Below are positions 23,697 to 31,480 of a DNA stretch of 34,130 bases, piece after piece. The stretch lies in the IMG/VR virus record IMGVR_UViG_3300022746_000013, positions 1 to 34,130 of that record; one strand, 5' to 3'. The notes beneath the pieces were generated by a model. That model had not been told where the DNA came from. It made no database searches and saw only the letters and a program-made list of their open reading frames with translations. Both the position numbers and the translations under genes were made by a program. Each line of letters starts with the position of its first letter. The first letter of the stretch is position 1. The stretch comes from a virus.

Positions 23697-24032
23697 CTAG
23701 ATTGTGTCAAAACGTGCTGCGATTTCCTTGCGGAGTGATTCTTTTTGAGACTTTTGCTCAATCCATGACTGTGTTTTTGGTTTTACAGGCTCATTGCCTA
23801 CTTCAACACAGCCGTGGGATTTTAGGTGATCTCGATGCTGCGATCGGGATGTAATCATTTCGCCAGTCAATTGGGACTGATATGGTTGAATGTCAGCAAC
23901 AACCATAGGGGCGCATATCTGACGCTCTACTCTTACGCCACAACATTCTGGCAAATCGTCAAAGTTTGCAAGCGAACGAAAAATGTCTGTGACAGATTCG
24001 CATTTTGGGCATTTAACAACGTAGAGCGGCAT
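23697..24032 (-). CDS. FmdB-type CxxC...CC zinc-ribbon protein, 111 aa
   Basis: MPLYVVKCPKCESVTD...LPECCGVRVERQICAP matches the CxxC_CxxC_SSSS zinc-ribbon pattern. Confidence 0.6.
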   Translation of the reverse strand: MPLYVVKCPKCESVTDIFRSLANFDDLPECCGVRVERQICAPMVVADIQPYQSQLTGEMITSRSQHRDHLKSHGCVEVGNEPVKPKTQSWIEQKSQKESLRKEIAARFDTI

Positions 24033-24796
24033 CAGATTAGCATCAGTAGTGATTCTTCATCATCAATCTCGGCTTCATACTCCTGAAGCCTCAATCTTGC
24101 TTGTAATAATAACGCATTTATTTGACCAATTGCGTAATCATGTTCACTTAAATCAATTTGTTTGATTTCACGCTTAACTTCTTGCTGAATATCTGCCACG
24201 ACTTCAGGCGCTACATAAGTACCATCCATCTTGTCAAAGGCTTCACGGACAATCGCCTCAACTTCATCCCGTTGGCTTTTCTTGACCTTGGTTTTGACCT
24301 TTTTGGGCAATCCACCCGTAGAAACAATCTCAGTCACAACAGGGGTAACTTGCAAACCAGCATCTTTGCCAGTAATTGCGTAAGAACCCGCATCGCTTGT
24401 TAGGACTGAAGCCTTGAGCAAGGTAGCATCGCCACCCGTAATTGAGTAAGCGCCTGCCTCAGAGGTCAAGAGCCTATTAGCAATCAGCCCTGCGTCATAT
24501 CCCGTATAAGTAAACGCAAAAGCACCAGCGTAAATAACTTCATCACGGATTAAGGTGGATGAGTACCCTGTAAGCGCATAAGCACCTGCGTCTGCGGTCA
24601 GGATACGGCTTGCCAACAATGAAGCGGCAACGCCTGTAAGCGCAAATGAGCCTGCCTCACCCTGAACAACAAGGTCGCGCTTAAACGTAGCCGCACCGCC
24701 AGTAAGCGTATAGCTACCAGCGTCTGCGGTTACAAATAACGTGCCGTATTGACTACTGCCATAAGCGGCAACGCCATAAACAGCGTTTGTTGCCAT
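24032..24796 (-). CDS. Repeat protein, 254 aa: six ~22-aa (A/S)(D/E)AG(S/A)(Y/F)x(L/I)TGxxAxL units plus an acidic helical C-terminus
   Basis: Repeats ADAGSYTLTGGAATF, GEAGSFALTGVAASL, ADAGAYALTGYSSTL, AGAFAFTYTGYDAGL, SEAGAYSITGGDATL, SDAGSYAITGKDAGL. Confidence 0.6.
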   Translation of the reverse strand: MATNAVYGVAAYGSSQYGTLFVTADAGSYTLTGGAATFKRDLVVQGEAGSFALTGVAASLLASRILTADAGAYALTGYSSTLIRDEVIYAGAFAFTYTGYDAGLIANRLLTSEAGAYSITGGDATLLKASVLTSDAGSYAITGKDAGLQVTPVVTEIVSTGGLPKKVKTKVKKSQRDEVEAIVREAFDKMDGTYVAPEVVADIQQEVKREIKQIDLSEHDYAIGQINALLLQARLRLQEYEAEIDDEESLLMLI

Positions 24797-25212
24797 TAGG
24801 CCACCGTGAACACGCCGTTAGTACCGTCTAAGCTGACGGTAAACGATTCGCCAGTTGCCAAGGTAACTGAAGAACCGTAATCCCAATAGCCAATTAAGTT
24901 GTTTGTAGTTGAATCGTACAAAACAGCGTAGCGGAATGGGCCAAGCGAACCACCCGTAGCAGTCCATGCTGTTGGGCTTGCCAAGATCAACTTGTAAGTA
25001 CCGCCCGTCTGAGTTGACGAGGTGGTGGTGGCAGCATTACCGCCTGCCGTGTAACCATTGCCAGCAGAAATTTCACTTGCATCTGTCAACGTAGAATCAG
25101 AAGCCACCACAGGAGCGCGGTTGGTCAGGGCTACTTTCCAAGCGTCTGAACCAGCATTGATGCTTTCCATTAGGGCTTCAACGCCCTTTTGGTATTTGTT
25201 AAAACTAGCCAT
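24796..25212 (-). CDS. Portal-proximal virion-module protein, 138 aa
   Basis: ORF track; TAAATG and TAATG junctions; beta-rich. Confidence 0.5.
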   Translation of the reverse strand: MASFNKYQKGVEALMESINAGSDAWKVALTNRAPVVASDSTLTDASEISAGNGYTAGGNAATTTSSTQTGGTYKLILASPTAWTATGGSLGPFRYAVLYDSTTNNLIGYWDYGSSVTLATGESFTVSLDGTNGVFTVA

Positions 25213-27408
25213 TTAATTTACTCCTACGATTTTGCCATTTTGGTCACGAATGACTTGTTTGGGGCGGGTTAAGTGCGCCATCATTTGACCAATGGCTTCG
25301 GATTGTTGGGCGTGTGAGTTTTGGATTGCACCCAAGACTTGACCCATGTTTTCTGCCAATGCTTGATTAGACTGAGCCAATACGCCTTGCAACAGAGCCG
25401 AGGCTTGCTGATTGCCAGAATTGTCGTACTCAATCAAAGCGGTTGACTTGTCCATGCCCTTCAAACGAAGGTCGGTCTCGGCTTGCAATTGAGCCACAGC
25501 CATCTTAGTTTCAGCCTCAAGATTAGCTTTCCATTGAGCCAATTGAGCATCTTGTTGGGCTTTTTGTTGCTCAAACTGGATGCGTTGGGCTTCCATTTGC
25601 GCTTCCATTTGGGCTTTTTGAGCTTCGGCTTGGGCGCGAATTTGGTCAGGACTTGGTTGAGGCGGTTGAGCCATGCGTTGCTGTTGTCTTTGCTCAAGCT
25701 GTTGCATGGTTGTTTCAAATACGCCCTCAAGCTCACGACCAGCTTTAAAGCCACGCACCCCAAACAACAACATTTGCATATACAAAGGAGCCATTTCGGG
25801 CGTAACCTGTGATGCTTGTGTAGCTTGGGTCAAGAAGTTGCCAGCGGCTTGCAGGAATTGCACACGGTTTTGCTTTTCGCTTTGCTCGTCAAGCTCAACC
25901 AAAGTGTCGGTTTCAATGTCAATATTGAAATTACGCAACTTCTCGTTTTTGAGCAATGCGATAGCCTGGGCAACCAACTCAGGGTTTTGACCATCAGGCG
26001 TGTTGGCAATGCCAGATACTTCCAAAATGATCTCAGGCTGATACTTAGAGCAAATGATTTCCGCTTTCATGCGGAGCAAATCACGGGCAAATCGAGCAAC
26101 ATCGTCTTTCATGTCATTTAGACGGATAGAAGCGAATTGCGACTTAATTTGTTGGGCAGTAGCAGTTTCAGAAGCCACAGAAGCGCCACGGAGAATGTCA
26201 GAAATGCCTGTGGTTTCGTAAATGATCTGCTTGCAAGCATCACGGGCGCGATACAGCGAAGTCAGGGAATTCACTACGTCAGTCAATGGCAAGAACTGCA
26301 CAGCGCTATTTAAACCGCCCTTTTCAACAAAAGCAGGCCAGTTAGTGACGGGAACCATCACGGCATCGTTGCCTTCTTTCATCAATCGAGCCAAGGCAGG
26401 TTCGTCAGCAGCGTAAATGCCCATTACCTTCAAGGCTTTGGTCAAATGTTGGATGCGACCTGTAATATCGTCAATCTCGTCAGCTTGGTCTTGGTACATC
26501 TTGAAGTCCGCTACGGGAATCAAGCTGTCTGTTGTGACTGTTGCAAAGATTGGCTTGGGACAAGGGAAAAAGCCTTCCAACTCTAGCGGGTCTTCTTTTT
26601 CATCCAAGATTTCATCAAAGTGGTCAGCAACCCAATAGACGGTCTTGCTTGACTTGCACCAGATTTCCCAAACTGGGGCCTTTTTCAAGGCTTGAGTGGT
26701 TGCCAAGTCTTCGCCATCTTTGTCAGGCGAATGGGTCAATGGCACTTCTTTGAATTTGTCGCCAAAACGCTCAACGCCTTCTTCTTGGCTCATGTAGACC
26801 CTACGGGCTACCCAAGTCACTTCTTCCCAAGTACGGGCAGGCAAATGCGCAAAATCTTCCCAAAAGACGTAATCAACAGGGGTGCGCTCATCGGTAACTT
26901 GTTCTAACGGTTCAGCATCTTCACCAGCCAAACCATTAGTTTCTAGGTCGCCTTCGCCTTGACCTGCTGCGTAACCTTCGTCTTCTACGTCATCCGTAAT
27001 TTGAGGTTCTTCAACAGTCTCGATCTTTGGCTCATAACGCAACCAAGACACGCCACGGCCAATAAGCAATCGGTCATCAACCGAATGTGACATTGCTGAA
27101 TGGTAATCACCATATTGACGCAATTCGTAGTCAATGACGCGCTCAACAATGATTGCAGCCACGCGGCCAATGTCGTTTTGGTCTTTGAATCGGCGTGATG
27201 CCTCAATCTTGGGTGGTCGAGAGTAAACCGCAGGCTTTAGCGTCTTAATGTTTGACCAAAGGATGTTAAATCGCGCATCCGTGTAGTCTGTATCTTTGCG
27301 AACATCACGGAAACGCTTAACGATCTTGCGACCTTGCTCAGTAAATTTGCGATAGTCCTCTGTGTATCGGTGCAACTCATCGCGCCAATAGATCGCGTTA
27401 TAGGCCAT
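25213..27408 (-). CDS. Portal protein, 731 aa, with long Q/A-rich helical C-terminal extension
   Basis: ORF track 25213-27432; start moved to the ATG at 27408 with AGGAG SD. Size and position directly after terL. Confidence 0.8.
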   Translation of the reverse strand: MAYNAIYWRDELHRYTEDYRKFTEQGRKIVKRFRDVRKDTDYTDARFNILWSNIKTLKPAVYSRPPKIEASRRFKDQNDIGRVAAIIVERVIDYELRQYGDYHSAMSHSVDDRLLIGRGVSWLRYEPKIETVEEPQITDDVEDEGYAAGQGEGDLETNGLAGEDAEPLEQVTDERTPVDYVFWEDFAHLPARTWEEVTWVARRVYMSQEEGVERFGDKFKEVPLTHSPDKDGEDLATTQALKKAPVWEIWCKSSKTVYWVADHFDEILDEKEDPLELEGFFPCPKPIFATVTTDSLIPVADFKMYQDQADEIDDITGRIQHLTKALKVMGIYAADEPALARLMKEGNDAVMVPVTNWPAFVEKGGLNSAVQFLPLTDVVNSLTSLYRARDACKQIIYETTGISDILRGASVASETATAQQIKSQFASIRLNDMKDDVARFARDLLRMKAEIICSKYQPEIILEVSGIANTPDGQNPELVAQAIALLKNEKLRNFNIDIETDTLVELDEQSEKQNRVQFLQAAGNFLTQATQASQVTPEMAPLYMQMLLFGVRGFKAGRELEGVFETTMQQLEQRQQQRMAQPPQPSPDQIRAQAEAQKAQMEAQMEAQRIQFEQQKAQQDAQLAQWKANLEAETKMAVAQLQAETDLRLKGMDKSTALIEYDNSGNQQASALLQGVLAQSNQALAENMGQVLGAIQNSHAQQSEAIGQMMAHLTRPKQVIRDQNGKIVGVN

Positions 27409-27446
27409 AAAAACTCCTGAAAGTTGGCGCATTTTAACGCCATATA

Positions 27447-28691
27447 TCAGATTCTAGTATGCCTTTTAGCTGGCGTTTCGTCAAATATCTCCTGAAGCGT
27501 CTGCTCATGCCACCATTTTGGCTTGACGGGTTCAGGCGCTTTGTATTCCTCACGCCAGGCTATTGCCATGTAACGGACTGAATCGGCTCCGTGGCTTGTC
27601 CAATCGTGTCTTGGTCTGTCTCGATAACGCTTCTTGTCGTCATCCCATTCCCGTTGGTATTGGCGCAAAGATTCCAACAAGCTATATTCCTTGCATTTTT
27701 TGGCATCCATCCAAAGTTTTGGAAATAACGCTCTGACAGCTTGAATTCCATCTTGCAGCGATAAATCAGGCACGATTCTGACATTGGCAATCCCTAGTTG
27801 TTTTTGAGCCATCTCTTGAATTGACTTGCCGCCTGAAGCCAAGGTCTTAGCCCTAGCATCGTGCGGTAGCCAGTGTTTACCGTATCGGTAACCTTTGGAC
27901 TTGACTACGGCAATATAGTCATCCATTGCCAAGCCTGACCCTGAGAAGTGGTCAATGATGTGGACTTCACCACCGATAACCTGAAAGAACACAATTGAAG
28001 TGTCATCCGTGTAACCCAAGTCCCAAGCGGTATGAACCAAGGCGTTTCGGTCATACGGAACGGCTGAAATCCTGCCTTCTTGCTCGGCAATCCTCATTTC
28101 CTTGCCGTAGTACGCCCCAAGAATAGCCGCCTCAAACGAACACTCAAACTCTTGAAGGTATTGGTCTTCACTCATCATGGACTTGGCATCGTCTAATTCT
28201 GAAGCAGGCAAAAGGTTAGTTTCTGAGGCTTTCAGGGTCGTAACGTGCCAGTTTGGAGATTGTTGGGCGCTATCGTAAACATCCCAAAAGTTGTTTTTTC
28301 CCTTTGGTGTACCAATAAACACAGCCCAACCCTGACGGTCAGCTAGTAAGGGGCGGATAACCTCACCCCACACACGGGGCTTCATGTCGGCGTATTCATC
28401 ACAGACTATTCCGTCAAGATACATACCTCGCAACGCATCGGCATTGTCAGCGCCAAAAAGACGGATGCGAGCGCCAGTCATTAACTCAACCCACAATTCA
28501 GAAGCATTTGCTTTTGTCCTTACGTTTTCAGTAAAACGCAACAAATACATCCATGCAACAGATTTTGCTTGGCTTAAAAACGGACAAATGTAAGCATATT
28601 GACCGTCAGACTTTCCTTCGGTCAGTGCTCGCTTGATTAAATCATTTACACAAGAAACAGTTTTACCAGCACGATCTTCGGCGGTGGGCAA
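27447..28691 (-). CDS. terL: Terminase large subunit, main part (414 codons from a TTG); N-terminal segment missing
   Basis: Walker A AEDRAGKT at codons 4-11, Walker B LDGIVCDEYA, GTPKGKNNF, nuclease motifs HTAWDLGYTDD and HGADSVRYM; in-frame TAG at 28692-28694. Confidence 0.85.
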   Translation of the reverse strand: MPTAEDRAGKTVSCVNDLIKRALTEGKSDGQYAYICPFLSQAKSVAWMYLLRFTENVRTKANASELWVELMTGARIRLFGADNADALRGMYLDGIVCDEYADMKPRVWGEVIRPLLADRQGWAVFIGTPKGKNNFWDVYDSAQQSPNWHVTTLKASETNLLPASELDDAKSMMSEDQYLQEFECSFEAAILGAYYGKEMRIAEQEGRISAVPYDRNALVHTAWDLGYTDDTSIVFFQVIGGEVHIIDHFSGSGLAMDDYIAVVKSKGYRYGKHWLPHDARAKTLASGGKSIQEMAQKQLGIANVRIVPDLSLQDGIQAVRALFPKLWMDAKKCKEYSLLESLRQYQREWDDDKKRYRDRPRHDWTSHGADSVRYMAIAWREEYKAPEPVKPKWWHEQTLQEIFDETPAKRHTRI

Positions 28692-28708
28692 CTAAACACG
28701 CCCACCGC
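28681..28708 (-). promoter_or_regulatory. Perfect 9-bp GC-rich hairpin GCGGTGGGC-N10-GCCCACCGC enclosing the terL TTG and the preceding TAG
   Basis: Inverted repeat read directly; the TTG (28691-28689) lies at the loop/stem boundary. Confidence 0.6.
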
Positions 28709-28731
28709 TCACTCCTATCGTGAAATGGTTT

Positions 28732-28759
28732 AAAAACATTCCGTGGTTTATACGGAATG
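28732..28759 (-). terminator. Terminator-like hairpin CATTCCGT-N7-ACGGAATG plus TTTTT, 15 nt after the HNH stop and upstream of terL
   Basis: 8-bp perfect stem and T5 run read on the minus strand. Confidence 0.4.
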
Positions 28760-28774
28760 GTGATTCGCTTAACT

Positions 28775-29260
28775 TCAGTCATATTTCCAGTTTACGTTTC
28801 TCCATATAGCGAATACTGTGCTTTTGCTTACGCCAAAGTCTTTAGCGTATTGTCGTCCTGTTTTTTCTTTCTTTCTAATGATGTTTACTTGCTCTAACGT
28901 CAATTTGACTGAATTTGATAGTTCACCACGATTGTTTGGAACAAAGTTGCGTTTTCGCCTTGCACAATCTTGCGAATTCTGTGCAAGTGTGCCTTCATAA
29001 AGATGATTTGGATTGACGCATGATGGATTGTCGCAATCATGCAAAATGTTCATTCCATTAGCAATTTTGCCTTTGTGCAATTCATAGGCAACTCTATGCG
29101 CTTTGGCTGTACCTTGCTCTCTAGTACCAAGACCAATAACTCCATATCCTTGTTCTTTGACTGCGCCAGTCCATATCCAACAACCAGTCAATGCTTCAGG
29201 GGATACTTTTTCGTGAAATCTATCCCACAATGGCTTAATAATTTCGCCAGGTTTTCTCAT
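28775..29260 (-). CDS. HNH homing endonuclease with C-terminal HTH, 161 aa
   Basis: GCWIWTGAVKEQGYG...HRVAYELHKG...ILHDCDNPSCVNPNHLYEGTLAQN (HNH_3 type); own GGAG-N6-ATG at 29260; the ORF is open upstream to 29341. Confidence 0.85.
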   Translation of the reverse strand: MRKPGEIIKPLWDRFHEKVSPEALTGCWIWTGAVKEQGYGVIGLGTREQGTAKAHRVAYELHKGKIANGMNILHDCDNPSCVNPNHLYEGTLAQNSQDCARRKRNFVPNNRGELSNSVKLTLEQVNIIRKKEKTGRQYAKDFGVSKSTVFAIWRNVNWKYD

Positions 29261-29341
29261 GTGAATCTCCATGCATGAATCAAAAGAAGTTGTGGCAGGC
29301 AGTGATTCAATCTGCTTTTCCCCCGCTAAAGGTAGCCACAT
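29261..29341 (-). other. 27 codons (MWLPLAGEKQIESLPATTSFDSCMEIH): candidate terL 5' exon/remnant, in frame with the HNH ORF
   Basis: ATG lies 8 nt after the terS stop, where terL would normally begin; it contains a KQ that would sit ~20 residues before the Walker A glycine if joined. Confidence 0.4.
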
Positions 29342-29348
29342 CTATATT

Positions 29349-29675
29349 TTACTTACTTTCCCATTCAAAAACCACTTTTGTAACAACTGGTGCATCAGGG
29401 TCGCCAATGTGTTCAGTTCTAGCTAACTTGGGCGCGGCGTACTCTGCCAATTTAGCCATTAAGTCCAATGCTTTATAAGGGTCTGGTTTGCGGTCGTGAA
29501 CTATGTCACCCTCTGCAACCTCTTTAAGCCACTTTTCCACGTTTTCTGCGTTGTTCTCTAGCAGGCTATTAACCGTGTCTCTAAAGTGCTTTGTAGCCTT
29601 GTTTATGGCTCCCTTGGGCCTGCCTCTGCCTTTATTGGTCAAATTGGCAGAATTTCCATTGTCTATTTTATTCAT
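29349..29675 (-). CDS. terS: Terminase small subunit, 108 aa
   Basis: Basic N-terminus NKGRGRPKGAINK and LMAKLAEYAAPKLARTEH motif typical of small terminases; directly upstream of terL. Confidence 0.7.
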   Translation of the reverse strand: MNKIDNGNSANLTNKGRGRPKGAINKATKHFRDTVNSLLENNAENVEKWLKEVAEGDIVHDRKPDPYKALDLMAKLAEYAAPKLARTEHIGDPDAPVVTKVVFEWESK

Positions 29676-29715
29676 GCTAATCCTTTAGGTTTCTAACTGA
29701 TTACGCTCATTTTAG

Positions 29716-30024
29716 TCACAAATCAGGCCACTTGTTCATAGCTTTCAGTTTGCTTACAGTCTTAGCGTAAGCCATTTGCCACAACATTCGGCGTTGCTCT
29801 TTACTAAGCCTAGCACCTTGGTCTAGTTCCGTGTGGCATTTTTGACACAAAGCGGCTGTGAATTCGTCACTTGCCTTGATTCCCCTGCCTTTACCGTGTT
29901 CAGCCCAATTTGAATGTGCGGCTTGGGTTTGACCCTCGATGTAGCAGTTTTGGCAGGGTAGGCTTGCCACGTTCTTCAGGTGTTCTTTGCTTCTGAAGTA
30001 GTTAAATTTAGGAATTGCTGTCAT
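29716..30024 (-). CDS. YbcO/DUF1364-like putative nuclease, 102 aa
   Basis: LPCQNC......AAH......GKGRGIKASD....ALCQKCH.ELD pattern. Confidence 0.55.
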   Translation of the reverse strand: MTAIPKFNYFRSKEHLKNVASLPCQNCYIEGQTQAAHSNWAEHGKGRGIKASDEFTAALCQKCHTELDQGARLSKEQRRMLWQMAYAKTVSKLKAMNKWPDL

Positions 30025-30146
30025 TTTTTGTCGTAATCACCGCGCAAAAACTTTTCACGCTCAATTTCACTATAAACCCAGATTGCTCCAAACGCTATGC
30101 CAGCCAAGGCGCAGCATAAAGCATCAAGCCAAATGTTTCCTGTCAT
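30021..30146 (-). CDS. Membrane micropeptide, 41 aa (MTGNIWLDALCCALAGIAFGAIWVYSEIEREKFLRGDYDKK)
   Basis: Below the ORF-track cutoff. Starts 2 nt after the upstream stop and is ATGA-coupled downstream. Confidence 0.45.
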   Translation of the reverse strand: MTGNIWLDALCCALAGIAFGAIWVYSEIEREKFLRGDYDKK

Positions 30147-30148
30147 GT

Positions 30149-30367
30149 TTAAACCTCAAATTCACCAGTAGAACTACGCAAAAGCCAATATTCATTGTCA
30201 TTTTTGAAATAAAGATCACCAGCAATGTCATTCCAATACAAATATTCCAATTGAGCTTCCATTGCAAATTCAAATTGCCAATCTTCAATGTGAACTTGCA
30301 TCATCAGCAAAGCACATGATTTTTGCCATTCAGCATCAAGAAAAGTAACAAGACAATCTTTTTTCAT
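30149..30367 (-). CDS. Hypothetical acidic 72-aa protein
   Basis: ORF track 30149-30481; start moved to the ATG at 30367 (ATGA overlap). Confidence 0.5.
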   Translation of the reverse strand: MKKDCLVTFLDAEWQKSCALLMMQVHIEDWQFEFAMEAQLEYLYWNDIAGDLYFKNDNEYWLLRSSTGEFEV

Positions 30368-30825
30368 ACGATCTCCACTACATCCTTGCCGTGGCTGCGT
30401 ATGTAATTTGACGTTTTCTTTATCATTTTCTCGTATTCTGACCGAGCAACGCTTGTCCTCTGAAGGTCGTGATATTCCCACAACTCTTTCATTTTGCTGA
30501 TTCCAACGCCTGACAGACCCATCTTGCCTGTGTTTTGATAGCGTTCTGCGGCTTCCAATAGGGCTTTTTGGACTTCTTGGCAGTAAGGCAAGACTTCAGG
30601 GCCAATGCCGTGTTTGCCCATTGTTTCGGCAATATTGACCACATCAGCAAGCCAGCGCCAATCTTCTGTGGTTCCCATGCCCTTGGTCATTGCGTCTATT
30701 GCAGAAAGCTCACAAAGGCGTAGTTTGTCTAGTGACTTTTCGTCAGATACGGCAGCGCCAGCGATTGCGTGGGCTATTGGGTTGATGTTTGTTGACCAGA
30801 CTTTGCGGTTACAGCGTTTTCTCAT
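30364..30825 (-). CDS. Conserved phage hypothetical protein, 153 aa
   Basis: ORF track; helical; ATGA-coupled. Confidence 0.55.
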   Translation of the reverse strand: MRKRCNRKVWSTNINPIAHAIAGAAVSDEKSLDKLRLCELSAIDAMTKGMGTTEDWRWLADVVNIAETMGKHGIGPEVLPYCQEVQKALLEAAERYQNTGKMGLSGVGISKMKELWEYHDLQRTSVARSEYEKMIKKTSNYIRSHGKDVVEIV

Positions 30826-31151
30826 GCTTCACCTCTTGCTCGGATTGCTGCATCAATCATCTTTTGCACCTGTGTTATGACGTGCTTCATGTTGCTTGCG
30901 CTGATTGCATCCAACGTCATGCCGTTTGCCTTCAACACTTCATGCGCCTTTTTGAAGTCAGGCTCAGGAAACACGCTGATTGGATATGCTTCACACCAAT
31001 TTTTGATTTGGTCAAACAAGTCATCGTAAATCTCACGCTCTTTATCTGCTACCAGTTTGGCAAAGGCTTCATGCTTCGACAATGCAGGGCTTCCGTATCC
31101 AACTGTAAAACCAGCCTGTCGAGCCATCTCAATAATTTCATCTTGGTTCAT
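30822..31151 (-). CDS. Hypothetical 109-aa protein
   Basis: ORF track; ATGA-coupled on both sides. Confidence 0.55.
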   Translation of the reverse strand: MNQDEIIEMARQAGFTVGYGSPALSKHEAFAKLVADKEREIYDDLFDQIKNWCEAYPISVFPEPDFKKAHEVLKANGMTLDAISASNMKHVITQVQKMIDAAIRARGEA

Positions 31152-31480
31152 TGCATCGCCTTATCTGTTGCTCGGTTTGTTGCTTCCTCACTACGCCAAA
31201 CGTCAACTCTCATCCTTGCGGCTTCTAATTTCCATTTCAGCATTTCCTCTGTTTCAATGGCACTTGCCAAGCCTTCCAGAAGTTCCAAATACTCAGGATG
31301 CGCATAGGCTTCGCGTTCTTGTGCGTTTGCCGCCTCAATGCCTCTCAGCATAGCATCTCGCATCAATAAAGCCTTTTTAGACTTTCGGAATTCTTCAAGA
31401 TGAACTCTTTTTGCTTTTGCGGCAGCAAAGTGCTTTGCGTTAGCCAAGATGAAATCAATGGCTTTTTGTGGTGCGCTCAT
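31148..31480 (-). CDS. Hypothetical helical 110-aa protein
   Basis: ORF track 31148-31528; start moved to the ATG at 31480 (ATGA overlap). Confidence 0.5.
   Translation of the reverse strand: MSAPQKAIDFILANAKHFAAAKAKRVHLEEFRKSKKALLMRDAMLRGIEAANAQEREAYAHPEYLELLEGLASAIETEEMLKWKLEAARMRVDVWRSEEATNRATDKAMQ

Larger units (their letters stand above)
28692..29280 (-). mobile_element. HNH endonuclease cassette interrupting terL (intron or intronless homing insertion; 5' boundary approximate)
   Basis: Self-contained SD, ORF and hairpins inserted immediately 5' of the Walker A codons. Confidence 0.5.

Noticed and set aside
28775-29260. HK97 gp74-type packaging-accessory HNH next to the terminase genes
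   Set aside because: Not fully excluded, but this protein has the GCWxW...GYG...HR...H.CDN..C.NP.HL homing-endonuclease architecture plus a C-terminal HTH. It also sits between terS and a 5'-truncated terL rather than upstream of terS.
28775-29341. Intein in TerL
   Set aside because: The HNH ORF ends in a stop codon followed by 83 non-coding nt and a further in-frame TAG before the TerL body. It cannot be translated as one precursor, and no intein N/C splice blocks were seen.
30789-31307. 172-aa plus-strand ORF across three minus-strand genes
   Set aside because: It crosses ATGA-coupled minus-strand junctions, has low-complexity Cys/Leu/Ser content, and has no start signals.
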